From the NCBI GenBank assembly GCA_041666745.1, contig JBAYGI010000001.1, forward strand, positions 91,095 to 155,094: a DNA stretch of 64,000 nucleotides, given 5' to 3'. Under the pieces are notes generated by a model that was not told the origin of the DNA, made no database searches, and worked only from the letters and a program-made list of their open reading frames with translations. Below are positions 10,190-19,025 of this stretch, piece after piece. The translations under genes and the position numbers were made by a program. Positions within the stretch are counted from its first letter, which is position 1. Each line of letters begins with the position of its first letter. The DNA comes from Candidatus Magasanikiibacteriota bacterium (lineage in GTDB: Bacteria > Patescibacteriota > Patescibacteriia > Magasanikbacterales > GWA2-37-8).

Positions 10190-10305
10190 GGCGTACTCCT
10201 TCTTTGTTTTTTGGTTGGGGGGTTGTAGAAATAAAAAGAACTTTCTCTCTCTATATATAACATAATACACAGAGAATGGATCATCTTATCACAATTAAAT
10301 GTTTT

Positions 10306-10335
10306 TTGTCACCCCCCCCCGCTCCAACCTTAATT
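10306..10335 (+). promoter_or_regulatory. candidate promoter containing a 9-nt poly-C tract (10312-10320) between a TTGTCA -35-like hexamer and a weak -10; possible slipped-strand switch
   Basis: ttgtca-C9-gctccaacc-ttaatt lies 80 nt upstream of the small peptide gene. It has the same poly-C-in-spacer architecture as the promoters at 40276-40305 and 40999-41027. Confidence 0.35.
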
Positions 10336-10414
10336 TGCATTTTATGTGCTATTGTTATAGGATAATTTCAGTGTCTATCTGCCAACCGGTTGATTTCCAA
10401 CCAACGGAGGGTAT

Positions 10415-10579
10415 ATGGACAATCTCGAACGAATCGTCGGGTTGCTCTTGGTCGTCGTTTGCTCATGCGTGGTAGTTCTCTGCTGGCGTAAGTTGCGGAA
10501 GATGGCCGGGGAGACAAGCGCGAACGACCGCCTGTACGGAAAGCTCAAGTTACGCTTTCCAAAATCAAGGCGTTCTTGA
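10415..10579 (+). CDS. small single-TM peptide (54 aa) with basic C-tail; not in ORF track (<60 aa)
   Basis: GGAGGG RBS 5 nt upstream of ATG. Hydrophobic core IVGLLLVVVCSCVVVLCW followed by RKLRK. Lies in the GC-rich island downstream of the poly-C tract. Confidence 0.3.
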   Translation: MDNLERIVGLLLVVVCSCVVVLCWRKLRKMAGETSANDRLYGKLKLRFPKSRRS

Positions 10580-11306
10580 CAAGAGGTGCTGTTTTGTGTT
10601 AACTTTTTATTACCTTCGTCCGTAGCTTCCGACGGATCCGTATGTACTTTAGGGGAAGTGCAACGGTAGATTGACTCGTTGTTTATCTTACAGAATTGTG
10701 TCATCGGCCGATGGCGCGAAATGTAGGGATACTTTCCAAACTCCGGCTTTAATAGGGTGGTATCCTGGCCAAGAAGGTCATGCACCTTGTCTGCAAAGGC
10801 AACTTGGAGGTGCTGTGGTTTACCTGCGAATGGTGAATCAAGGTCCGCGAGTCATCGTACGAAAACCTCTGGGGTTAGAAAACGCGTTACACGGAAGCAT
10901 TGGTCAGAAAAGGCGCGTTTGCCAACCAACTGAACGAAGAATCCTCGTGCATTAGTGCGAGAACCGCTCCTAGTTTAGGAGGGAGGCAGTTTCCAAGACC
11001 GCTCATCCCTCGCCATAATCGCAAAATATTTGTTGTTATGGCGAGAGCGGCCTTGTCCGATTAAAACACCTTGCATTTTGCGGGGTGTTTTGTATTTAGG
11101 TCATTGCATGCGCATCTTGACTTTTTTCCCATTTTGTAGTATTGTAATCCATTAGTTCTTTTTACAAAGTTGCAAGTGGGGATATTTACCTTACATTATA
11201 TCAATTAGGGTTTTTGTCCCCCCTTACGACTTCAACAACACGTACAGCACTGACAGGGGCGCACCAGGTAGGTGTGAGTGTTGTTCACTAGTTCGGGAGG
11301 AAACCC

Positions 11307-11969
11307 ATGTTCGTAATTCGCAAAGGGAACCAACTGTTCAACGCTCTCGGACTGCTCTACGGTGAAATCGTCATCGAAAGGCAGAGCCCGGTGCTCGTCT
11401 ACACCCAGGCGCATGCGATCCGGTTTTTGCTGCAGGCCGTCAAAGAGCAGGTCATCACGAAAGACGAAGCTGACGAGATCGCGCGGCAGATCGGTGACGC
11501 CGGTATTGCGGCAGATCGGCCCAAGGTCTTCGAGATCGTAGCTTCGGCTACTCTGGAAGATGGCTTCGTGCCGTCGTTCCAGTTCGTGATCTGCAAGGAG
11601 TGCACGTTCCCGATTGCTCACGGTTACGTACAGCACGTGGACGCTGACAACAAGAGCATGAGCGGCCAGGTTCGCAATCTCATCGACGGTCTGCAACTCG
11701 CATTTGAGATGTACGCCGACGGGGTTCACGTCCTCGACTGCGTCAACGTTCTCAAGCAGATGATCGAGGCCGATCTGCCCATCGACGAGGAGGCGGCGAA
11801 GGGGCGGTTCAGTTCTCTACCGGCAGACCAGCTTGCAAGGCTCGACGAGGAGATGTCGGCCATGACAAGGAAGATCAATGTTCCTGGATTCGGCGACGTC
11901 ACTGTGATGAAGATTCTGTTGCCGTCCGACATGACCGAGCTGATCGCCCTGCTCGACCTGCTCCGCTAG
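11307..11969 (+). CDS. hypothetical protein (220 aa), GC-rich island cargo
   Basis: GGGAGG RBS and codon usage unlike the host genes. A rho-independent terminator (ccgactcaattgggtcgg plus T-run) follows at about 12130-12165. Confidence 0.5.
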   Translation: MFVIRKGNQLFNALGLLYGEIVIERQSPVLVYTQAHAIRFLLQAVKEQVITKDEADEIARQIGDAGIAADRPKVFEIVASATLEDGFVPSFQFVICKECTFPIAHGYVQHVDADNKSMSGQVRNLIDGLQLAFEMYADGVHVLDCVNVLKQMIEADLPIDEEAAKGRFSSLPADQLARLDEEMSAMTRKINVPGFGDVTVMKILLPSDMTELIALLDLLR

Positions 11970-12185
11970 CCGCCCGGCCCAACTCGCGTCTGGCCAACGC
12001 AACCTCCTGCACGGAGGAAAACATCACAAAAGGCACCGTCTTCTAGTAGAAGATGGTGAAGGGGAGACAGTCGATCGTCCGTGCGCGATCGACTACTTCC
12101 AATGAATATAATGACTTGTATTTATTGAAAGGGAACCGACTCAATTGGGTCGGTTTTTTATATTTTACCGTTTTTGTTTATCCAC

Positions 12186-12214
12186 TTGCCAAAAATCGCA
12201 AAAAGGGGTAAAAT
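12186..12214 (+). promoter_or_regulatory. sigma70-like promoter upstream of secD (TTGCCA-17-TAAAAT)
   Basis: Hexamers with a 17-nt spacer about 45 nt upstream of the secD ATG. Confidence 0.4.
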
Positions 12215-12259
12215 TTGGCTGTTAATTCTATTTCTAAAATTATTAATTTTATCTAATTT

Positions 12260-14335
12260 ATGGCTAAGAATGCAAAACCGGTCGTCAGTTTATCACGATC
12301 TCAGATCAAATGGAGGGTATTGTGGATTGGAATTTTGTTAGTTGTTTGTCTTTTAATTGTAGCTCCAACTTATGCCAACAAGGGCGTTGATTGGGTTAAC
12401 AACAAAGCGAATTTAGGTTTGCCACGTTTGCCGGACAAAGGTTTTAATTTAGGTTTGGATTTGCAAGGTGGTGCGCATTTGGTTTATCAGGCAGATACAA
12501 AACAAGTTCCAGATGCCGATCGTGTGAACGCAGTTGAAGGTGTGCGTGATGTGATTGAACGTCGTGTGCGTGGTGGTTTGGGAGTTTCCGAACCATTGGT
12601 ACAAACTACCAAAGTTGGTGAGGATTTTCGTATCATCGTAGAATTGCCAGGCATAACAGATGTGAATCAAGCTATTAAAATGATTGGTGAAACTCCAGTA
12701 TTAGAATTCAAAGAAGAAAACAACGAACCGGCGCGTGAGTTGACAAAAGATGAACAAAAACAATTAGATACATTTAACAAAGAAGCCGAAAAAAATGCCA
12801 AGCTAGCTTTGAAAGAAGCAAATAGCGGTGCAGATTTTGCCAGTGTGGTTACCAAATATACTCAAGATGATAAAAGTAAAAACAATGGTGGTGACTTAGG
12901 TTTTATTACCAACAAAATTTATCCGGAAATTTTTGCTTGGGCCAGTAATCACAAAGATGGTGAAGTAAGTAAAGATATAGTAAAAAGTTTTGAAGGTTTA
13001 AATATCGTAAAAAGAATCGCTGAGCGTCAAGGTGAAAAACAAGTAGAGGCGGCTCATATTTTAATCTGCTACAAAGGAGCGGAACGTTGTGACAATCCTC
13101 TTTACACTCAAGAAGAAGCCAAAGCCAAAATTTTGGAATTAAAAAAACAAGCCAACATTAGTAATTTTGCAAATTTAGCCAAACAATTTTCCACTGAACC
13201 GAACGCCAAAATCAGTGGTGGTGATTTGGGGAAATTTGGTACCGGTCAAATGGTGCCTGAATTTGAAAAAGCAGTTTGGGATGCGCCGGTAGGAAGTATT
13301 TCTGATGTGATAGAAACTCAATTTGGTTATCATATTATTTATAAGAAAGGCGAAGATTTTGCCAAAGAATATCAGGTGGCGCGTGTGTTTATAAAAACAC
13401 AACAAAAAGGGGATATCGTTCCGCCGACCGAACAATGGAAAGCTACCGGATTGTCCGGTAAACAGTTGAAACGTGCGGAAGTAACTCAAGATTCTCGTTC
13501 CGGTCAGGTTCAAGTTAGTTTGAATTTTGATGAAAATGGCACAAAATTATTTGCAGATATCACTGGAAGAAATGTTGGTAAACCTGTCGCTATTTATTTG
13601 GATGGTCAACCAATCAGTATTCCAAAAGTAAACGAAGCGATTACCAGTGGTAGCGCGGTAATTTCCGGTGGATTTACTTTGGCTGAGGCCAAACAACTTT
13701 CTCAGAGATTAAATTCCGGAGCTTTGCCGGTACCGGTTGAATTGATCAGTCAACAAAAAGTAGATGCTACTTTGGGTGTTGATTCGTTGGCCAAAAGTTT
13801 TCATGCCGGTTTGATTGGTTTGCTTGGCGTGATGTTGTTTATGGTTATTTATTATCGTTTTCCTGGTTTGCTGTCGGTGTTCTCTTTGATAGTTTACGCC
13901 TTGCTCAGTATGGCCACCTTCAAATTATTGGGAGTGACTATGACATTATCCGGTATTGCCGGTTTCATATTGTCTATTGGTATGGCAGTGGATACGAATG
14001 TGTTGGTCTTTGAGCGTCTAAAAGAAGAATTACGTTCCGGTAAAAATTTACACTCGGCTTCGGAAGAATCATTCCGTCGCTCTTGGCCGTCTATTCGCGA
14101 TGGTCATATCGCCACTTTGGTGAGTTGTGTATTTTTGGTCTGGTTTGGTACCGGTTTCGTTCAAGGTTTTGCGGTGACTTTGGCCATTGGTGTGTTGTTC
14201 AGTTTGTTTACCGCCATTGTGGCCACGCGCGCCATGTCACGTTTGGTATTTAATTGGTTTGACGAAAAAGGCAACTTCTTGTTTTTGGGATATACCAAAT
14301 CCGACGAAACTTCTTCTGAAGTAATTAATAAATAA
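12260..14335 (+). CDS. secD: protein-export membrane protein SecD with tandem parvulin-type (PpiC) peptidyl-prolyl isomerase domains inserted in the periplasmic P1 head
   Basis: N-terminal TM plus GLDLQGGAHLVY, and a C-terminal six-TM SecD core. The insert of about 250 aa carries two PpiC signatures (GGDLGFI... and GGDLGKF...FGYHIIYK). The protein is 691 aa, against roughly 400-620 for typical SecD. Confidence 0.88.
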   Translation: MAKNAKPVVSLSRSQIKWRVLWIGILLVVCLLIVAPTYANKGVDWVNNKANLGLPRLPDKGFNLGLDLQGGAHLVYQADTKQVPDADRVNAVEGVRDVIERRVRGGLGVSEPLVQTTKVGEDFRIIVELPGITDVNQAIKMIGETPVLEFKEENNEPARELTKDEQKQLDTFNKEAEKNAKLALKEANSGADFASVVTKYTQDDKSKNNGGDLGFITNKIYPEIFAWASNHKDGEVSKDIVKSFEGLNIVKRIAERQGEKQVEAAHILICYKGAERCDNPLYTQEEAKAKILELKKQANISNFANLAKQFSTEPNAKISGGDLGKFGTGQMVPEFEKAVWDAPVGSISDVIETQFGYHIIYKKGEDFAKEYQVARVFIKTQQKGDIVPPTEQWKATGLSGKQLKRAEVTQDSRSGQVQVSLNFDENGTKLFADITGRNVGKPVAIYLDGQPISIPKVNEAITSGSAVISGGFTLAEAKQLSQRLNSGALPVPVELISQQKVDATLGVDSLAKSFHAGLIGLLGVMLFMVIYYRFPGLLSVFSLIVYALLSMATFKLLGVTMTLSGIAGFILSIGMAVDTNVLVFERLKEELRSGKNLHSASEESFRRSWPSIRDGHIATLVSCVFLVWFGTGFVQGFAVTLAIGVLFSLFTAIVATRAMSRLVFNWFDEKGNFLFLGYTKSDETSSEVINK

Positions 14336-14340
14336 TTTGT

Positions 14341-15258
14341 ATGAATATTCCTTTTGTAAAGTATTCTAAATTTCTCTTGACAGTTAGTGCGGTGGTGACG
14401 ATTATCAGTTTAGCCTCATTATTTAATTGGGGATTAAAACCGGGTATAGATTTTACCGGTGGTTCATTGCTCGAAATTAGTTTTAGTAAAGTTCGCCCGG
14501 ATAATCAAACCATTGAAAATGCTTTTACTGAACTTGGTCACAAAAATATCGTGATTCAAAAAACCGGAGAAAAAGGGTTGATTGTTCGAACGGCTTTTTT
14601 ACCGGAAGATGAACATCAAAGTGTCTTAAAAGGTTTACGCACACAGTTTGAAAAAGACGGCAACACAGTACGTGAAGATCAATTTCAAACAATTGGCGCG
14701 GCCGTTAGCAAGCAATTGCGCACACGTTCGGTTTGGGCGGTGTTTTTGGTAGTCATTAGTATTATTGCTTTCGTGGCTTATGCTTTCCGTACAGTTTCTC
14801 AACCGGTAGCCAGTTGGAAATATGGTGTGACCGCGATTATTGCGGCCGCTCATGATGTGTTGTTGGTATCGGGTATTTTTGCTTTCTTGGGACATTACAA
14901 TAATATCGAAGTGGATATTGGTTTTGTGGTAGCATTGTTAACGGTGCTGGGCTATTCAGTGCAAGATACGATTGTGGTGTATGATCGTATTCGTGAAAAT
15001 TTGTTACGCCGACGCAATGTTAGTTTCAGAGAGATGGTGGATATCGGTTTGAATGAAACTTTGATGCGTTCTATAAATACTACTTTGATTACTTTGATTC
15101 CACTTTCCGCTTTGTATTTCTTGGGCGGTATTACAATCAAAAATTTCGCGTTGGCATTGCTCATCGGTATCGCTAGTGGTGCTTATTCTTCGATTTTTGT
15201 GGCCAGTCCATTGTTGGCTTATGTAGATAAATGGCAGAGAAATAAAACTACAAAATAA
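14341..15258 (+). CDS. secF: protein-export membrane protein SecF
   Basis: GIDFTGGSLLEISF motif and six-TM SecF architecture, immediately downstream of secD. Confidence 0.9.
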   Translation: MNIPFVKYSKFLLTVSAVVTIISLASLFNWGLKPGIDFTGGSLLEISFSKVRPDNQTIENAFTELGHKNIVIQKTGEKGLIVRTAFLPEDEHQSVLKGLRTQFEKDGNTVREDQFQTIGAAVSKQLRTRSVWAVFLVVISIIAFVAYAFRTVSQPVASWKYGVTAIIAAAHDVLLVSGIFAFLGHYNNIEVDIGFVVALLTVLGYSVQDTIVVYDRIRENLLRRRNVSFREMVDIGLNETLMRSINTTLITLIPLSALYFLGGITIKNFALALLIGIASGAYSSIFVASPLLAYVDKWQRNKTTK

Positions 15259-15367
15259 TTTAAAAAAATTCAAAACTCCTCTGTTTAAATCGGGGAGTTT
15301 TTTGTTTTTTGTGATTTTGTGCTATACTATCTAAATGAATTAAGAGTTAATTTAAGATATTTAAAAT

Positions 15368-15538
15368 ATGGCAGGTCATAGCGAAAGCGGTTTGCGTCAC
15401 TTGATTGCCTTTTTGGGTACATTGGTGGCAGGGTTTGCCTTTTGGGGCGGTTATATTTCCGGGGCGCAGGGTTGGTGGTGGACAGCCTTTGGTTTGGTGA
15501 TTATTTACGGTGGAATATATAAAATTATCGACACCTAA
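15368..15538 (+). CDS. small two-TM membrane protein (56 aa); not in ORF track
   Basis: ATG start and hydrophobic sequence, with its stop 3 nt before the next gene. An extended -10 (TGcTATACT) lies upstream. Confidence 0.3.
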   Translation: MAGHSESGLRHLIAFLGTLVAGFAFWGGYISGAQGWWWTAFGLVIIYGGIYKIIDT

Positions 15539-15541
15539 TCT

Positions 15542-16978
15542 ATGGATCCGTTTACTTTTTCGTCCACTTTTGGCTTTACGATCAATTGGGAATTTTGGTC
15601 ATGGGTTTTTTCTCAACCAACTGCCGATTTGATCAACTATTTATTCGCCATTATTGGCTGGGTGGTTTTAGCTTTAATTTCTGTGAGCTTAAGCTCGCAG
15701 TTGTTGGCGTTGTATCGGGGTAGAAAGGCGATGTCTAATTGGCAATGGGTGTTGTTGGCGGTGGATGTGCCACCATTATATATTCAAACCCCAAAAGCGG
15801 TAGAACAAATTTTTGCTCATTTGAGTGGGGCGAAGGTAGGCATTCGTTTGTCCGAAAAATATTGGATCGGCAAGCGACAGAAAAATTTTAGTTTTGAAAT
15901 TATTTCCATTGAGGGATATATTCAGTTTTTGGTTCGCACTGAATTGGCTTATCGGGATTTGGTGGAGGCGGCAGTGTATGCTCAATATCCGGAAGCCGAA
16001 ATTACCGAGGTGGAGGATTATGTAGATCTCATTCCCAAAACTTATCCCAACGAAACCCATCACATGTTTGGGGCGGAATTCAAATTGTCCGATGTCGACG
16101 CGTATCCGATTCGCACTTATACCAGTTTTGAATATAAAATTAGTAAAGATGAAGTGTTTAGTGATCCGATGGCGGCTATTTTGGAAAATTTTTCACGCAT
16201 TGGTCACGGTGAACATTTTTGGTTGCAGATTATTATTGAGCCGGTTGGCAATGATTGGAAAGCCAAAGGTATTGAATTGGTAAAAGATATTATTGCCCAA
16301 AAAGTTGGTAAAAAATCTCCTAGTTTTTTTGGAGAAATGATAGCGATGATCGGAAATATTCCGATGGCGCTTACCAAAGAATTGTTGAGAAATTTACAGA
16401 ATACGGAATATGAACCGGTCGAGGTAAAAAAAGAAACACCTCCCAAATTGACCGATGTTTCCCCTGGAGGAAAAAATACGATTGAAGCGATCGAAGATAA
16501 GATTGCCAAGCTAGGTTTCAAAACCAAAATGCGAGCTTTGTATATTGCCAGAGATGAAGTGTTTAATCCGGGGCGTTGTATGGATGGATTTGTCGGCGCG
16601 CTCAATCAGTTTCATATCCAAAGTCGCAATGCTATTGTTCCGCGTTTTATTACCAAAACACATTTTTTATTTTTTAATAAAGCTCGAGAAATCATGGTGC
16701 AAAATAAATTTTTCAGAGCTTTTGCCGGTAGAAAAATTAAGGTAGGTGGTACCCCATATATTTTAAATATTGAGGAGTTGGCGACGGTGTGGCATTTCCC
16801 ATTACCATTTGTAAAGACACCGCTCATCCAAAAGGCTGGTGCCAAACGTGGCGAGCCACCAATGAATTTACCGATAGAAGCCGACGCCGGGCCACTACGA
16901 GCCAAGGTGAGGGCTGTAGAGCCGTCTGGGCCACTAGTGGATGTACCCGACGAACCGGAAGAAGTATTATACGGATAA
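15542..16978 (+). CDS. membrane-anchored protein paralogous to the N-terminal ~400-aa domain of the 853-aa ATPase at 27661-30222 (no ATPase domain); acidic C-tail
   Basis: Shared blocks AQYPEAEITEVEDY / AQYPHAEILVENDY and ELATVWHFPLP...PPMNLP / ELAGLWHLPIP...PPVNMP. N-terminal TM segments. Confidence 0.6.
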   Translation: MDPFTFSSTFGFTINWEFWSWVFSQPTADLINYLFAIIGWVVLALISVSLSSQLLALYRGRKAMSNWQWVLLAVDVPPLYIQTPKAVEQIFAHLSGAKVGIRLSEKYWIGKRQKNFSFEIISIEGYIQFLVRTELAYRDLVEAAVYAQYPEAEITEVEDYVDLIPKTYPNETHHMFGAEFKLSDVDAYPIRTYTSFEYKISKDEVFSDPMAAILENFSRIGHGEHFWLQIIIEPVGNDWKAKGIELVKDIIAQKVGKKSPSFFGEMIAMIGNIPMALTKELLRNLQNTEYEPVEVKKETPPKLTDVSPGGKNTIEAIEDKIAKLGFKTKMRALYIARDEVFNPGRCMDGFVGALNQFHIQSRNAIVPRFITKTHFLFFNKAREIMVQNKFFRAFAGRKIKVGGTPYILNIEELATVWHFPLPFVKTPLIQKAGAKRGEPPMNLPIEADAGPLRAKVRAVEPSGPLVDVPDEPEEVLYG

Positions 16979-16984
16979 ACGCAA

Positions 16985-17010
16985 AAACCTCCTTTATAGG
17001 GAGGTTTTTT
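16985..17010 (+). terminator. rho-independent terminator (acctcc...ggaggt plus T-run)
   Basis: Hairpin plus tttttt right after the stop of 15542-16978. Confidence 0.55.
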
Positions 17011-17054
17011 GTTGGTGTTTTGGCTGTGGGTAGCCGAAAAAACCTGTATTCCTA

Positions 17055-17083
17055 TTGACAAAACCTCGGTTTTGTGCTATACT
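17055..17083 (+). promoter_or_regulatory. strong sigma70-like promoter TTGACA-17-TGc-TATACT
   Basis: Consensus -35, 17-nt spacer and extended -10, at the entry to the GC-rich island 17150-18400. Confidence 0.55.
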
Positions 17084-17367
17084 TATCTATTGTTTAAATG
17101 ATTAACTTAAATTGGCGAATCGTCTTTACTTTTATAAAAAATTCTTTCAGTTAAGCTTCAAAATCTTTATGGGTTTTGTGTGGTTCGCTGAAGGGTGAGC
17201 TATTGTGTAGAGAGAGTGCCTAGACTGGTGCAATCTCGGACGTTTGTCCAACACAATGCTGAAATGGAAATGTGCGGAGACGACCTCGATCTTGGATCGT
17301 ATGGTTGGGCTCAAAGCAGTTGTCCAAATTGGCAACCTCTGTTCGTGTGAACGAACGGGAGAGGAAG

Positions 17368-17715
17368 ATGATAGAAGGTCTCGTAGATCGGGTTCTGGCG
17401 CGAAGCCAGAAAAGAATCGCTGACTTGAAGGAGCTACTTCACTTGCGCGACGATAACGCGAGGTTGAAGTCGAAGTTGGCGATGGTCGAGGGCAGACTGA
17501 GGGACATCGAAGTCTCTTGCTTGGACAACTATACGTTTCTCTTGGTGGCGATCATTGCTTCCAAGGGGGAAATAGAGAGCAAGATCCTGGGAGAGGCGAA
17601 TCAGAAGTTGAGGCACGTACTCGCGGATCTCAGCGTGGATCAAAACACAAAGAGTGCGTATATGCTTGATGCGCTCAACAGGCGTGGGCTCGTGCCGAAT
17701 ACGACCCCGAAATAG
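17368..17715 (+). CDS. hypothetical coiled-coil protein (GC-rich island)
   Basis: GGGAGAGGAAG RBS before the internal ATG. The track ORF is N-extended. Heptad-like charged sequence. Confidence 0.4.
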   Translation: MIEGLVDRVLARSQKRIADLKELLHLRDDNARLKSKLAMVEGRLRDIEVSCLDNYTFLLVAIIASKGEIESKILGEANQKLRHVLADLSVDQNTKSAYMLDALNRRGLVPNTTPK

Positions 17716-17966
17716 TTCACCAGTGTCGCAAGATTTTTGTGCGATATGGTGACGAAGATCAAGTTTTAAGCGGTGAAGGGGACGCCGCGTGAGTCGTAGT
17801 GTTAGTAATTCAACACTCCTCACAAAAGTCCCCAGTCCCCACAAGCCCCTATTTTTCAATGGAGACTTATGGGGATAGTAGTCAGGTCTGCCATTTTGGC
17901 GGACACTGGTTCACAATTGGCCAACGGGCCACGCGGAGGTTGTTAAATCAACCACTGGAGAACAGT

Positions 17967-18305
17967 ATGGACACGAGAGATTTGGTCATCATGGTTTCGA
18001 TGGCGTTTTCGTTGGTGTGCTTGATTCTCGCGATCATCCGCAAGGAGACCGCGCTGAAGAAGTACCCAATGTTCGAGGTCAGGGACATCGGGGCGAAGAA
18101 GGTCATAAATCCGATGATCGGCTATCGGATCATGGTCGCCAACACCATGTTCACGGTAGGGGTGATGATCACCCTCGGTGCGCGATACTTCGTCTGGCGG
18201 GACTACGATGCATGGATCACGTGGGGTGATCTGGCGTTCGTGGTTCTGGCGGGCGTCTTCTTCAGGCGCGCGCTGTGGAAGCTCGTCGAAGGAGTGATCG
18301 ACTAG
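17967..18305 (+). CDS. hypothetical three-TM membrane protein (GC-rich island)
   Basis: GGAGAA RBS before the ATG at 17967. Hydrophobic segments. The track ORF is N-extended. Confidence 0.4.
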   Translation: MDTRDLVIMVSMAFSLVCLILAIIRKETALKKYPMFEVRDIGAKKVINPMIGYRIMVANTMFTVGVMITLGARYFVWRDYDAWITWGDLAFVVLAGVFFRRALWKLVEGVID

Positions 18306-18476
18306 TATCGACTAGCTCGGTCAACAGTCAACGGCGTCCCGGAAGTGGTATGACACCACTTCCGGCGCCAAATGTTCTGCGAATTATATTCGCACTGATG
18401 AGTCCTATGAATTTTTTAAGGACGAAAACATTAATTAAAAAAATATCCCAATTGGGATATTTTTTTGTTCAGTTTT

Positions 18477-18998
18477 TTATTTTATTGCTTCAGCACTTGT
18501 TTCGAATGTAAGTTTTTTGATCATCTCATATCCGCCAATCAACACACCGCTATAAAACAAATCTCCCAGTATTTCATTGCGCCAAAATGGTAGAGCCATA
18601 TAATAGCTTTGGAATAAACCGGATAAATTGTGAGCATACATTGTTCCAAAAGCCCAGACCGCTGTATTGGTAAGTAAGAAAAAAATAGCACTGCCGGCAA
18701 CCGCGCCCAAAGCAATATTTCCTAAACGTATTTTATTTTTTAGATATTGTCCCAATAAAACCGTTATGACAAATCCAACATAAACCGAAGCCATGATATA
18801 TGGGTTGTAAAAACCAATAAAGATATCGCTGATAAACATGATGATGACAGGCAAACAAAGGGCCTGTTTTTTGTTGAGATACAAACCGCCAAATAGGGCG
18901 ATGGCGCCGATAGCTGTGAAGTTGGCCGGATGTGGAATAAAACGGGTGGCGACAGCTAGAATAATGAGCAGATAGATGAGAATATTTTTATTTTTCAT
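18477..18998 (-). CDS. small polytopic membrane protein, ECF-transporter S-component-like; putative substrate-capture protein of the downstream corrinoid-like uptake operon
   Basis: 173 aa, about 5-6 TM, last gene of the operon DUF4430 / alpha-toroid protein / this gene. Assignment is by context only. Confidence 0.4.
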   Translation of the reverse strand: MKNKNILIYLLIILAVATRFIPHPANFTAIGAIALFGGLYLNKKQALCLPVIIMFISDIFIGFYNPYIMASVYVGFVITVLLGQYLKNKIRLGNIALGAVAGSAIFFLLTNTAVWAFGTMYAHNLSGLFQSYYMALPFWRNEILGDLFYSGVLIGGYEMIKKLTFETSAEAIK

Positions 18999-19025
18999 AG
19001 ATGTTTTTTAATTACTTGAGTTATA

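Larger units (their letters stand above)
8870..12110. other. GC-rich island 1 (about 55% GC versus about 36%) between secA and secD
   Basis: Abrupt composition change. Bounded by a 10-bp IR (gatcactcgc/gcgagtgatc at 8789-8844) and a GC-rich terminator at about 12130. Contains about 900 bp with no convincing ORF (10600-11300). Confidence 0.6.
17150..18400. other. GC-rich island 2
   Basis: Composition shift. Entered from the strong promoter at 17055-17083. Two small genes with GGAG-type RBS. Confidence 0.5.

Noticed and set aside
8873-10270. Track start codon for the aminotransferase-like gene at 10270
   Set aside because: The first 27 codons are AT-rich and cross the island boundary. An ATG with an AGGAG RBS at 10187-10189 begins the GC-rich conserved part, so I moved the start.
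10375-10955. ORFs 10375-10785 (-) and 10671-10955 (+) in the GC-rich non-coding stretch
   Set aside because: Mutually overlapping, with no RBS, and their translations look like low-complexity random sequence. The 10375-10785 ORF is antisense to the better-supported RBS-bearing 54-aa peptide gene. The region is more likely non-coding or ncRNA.
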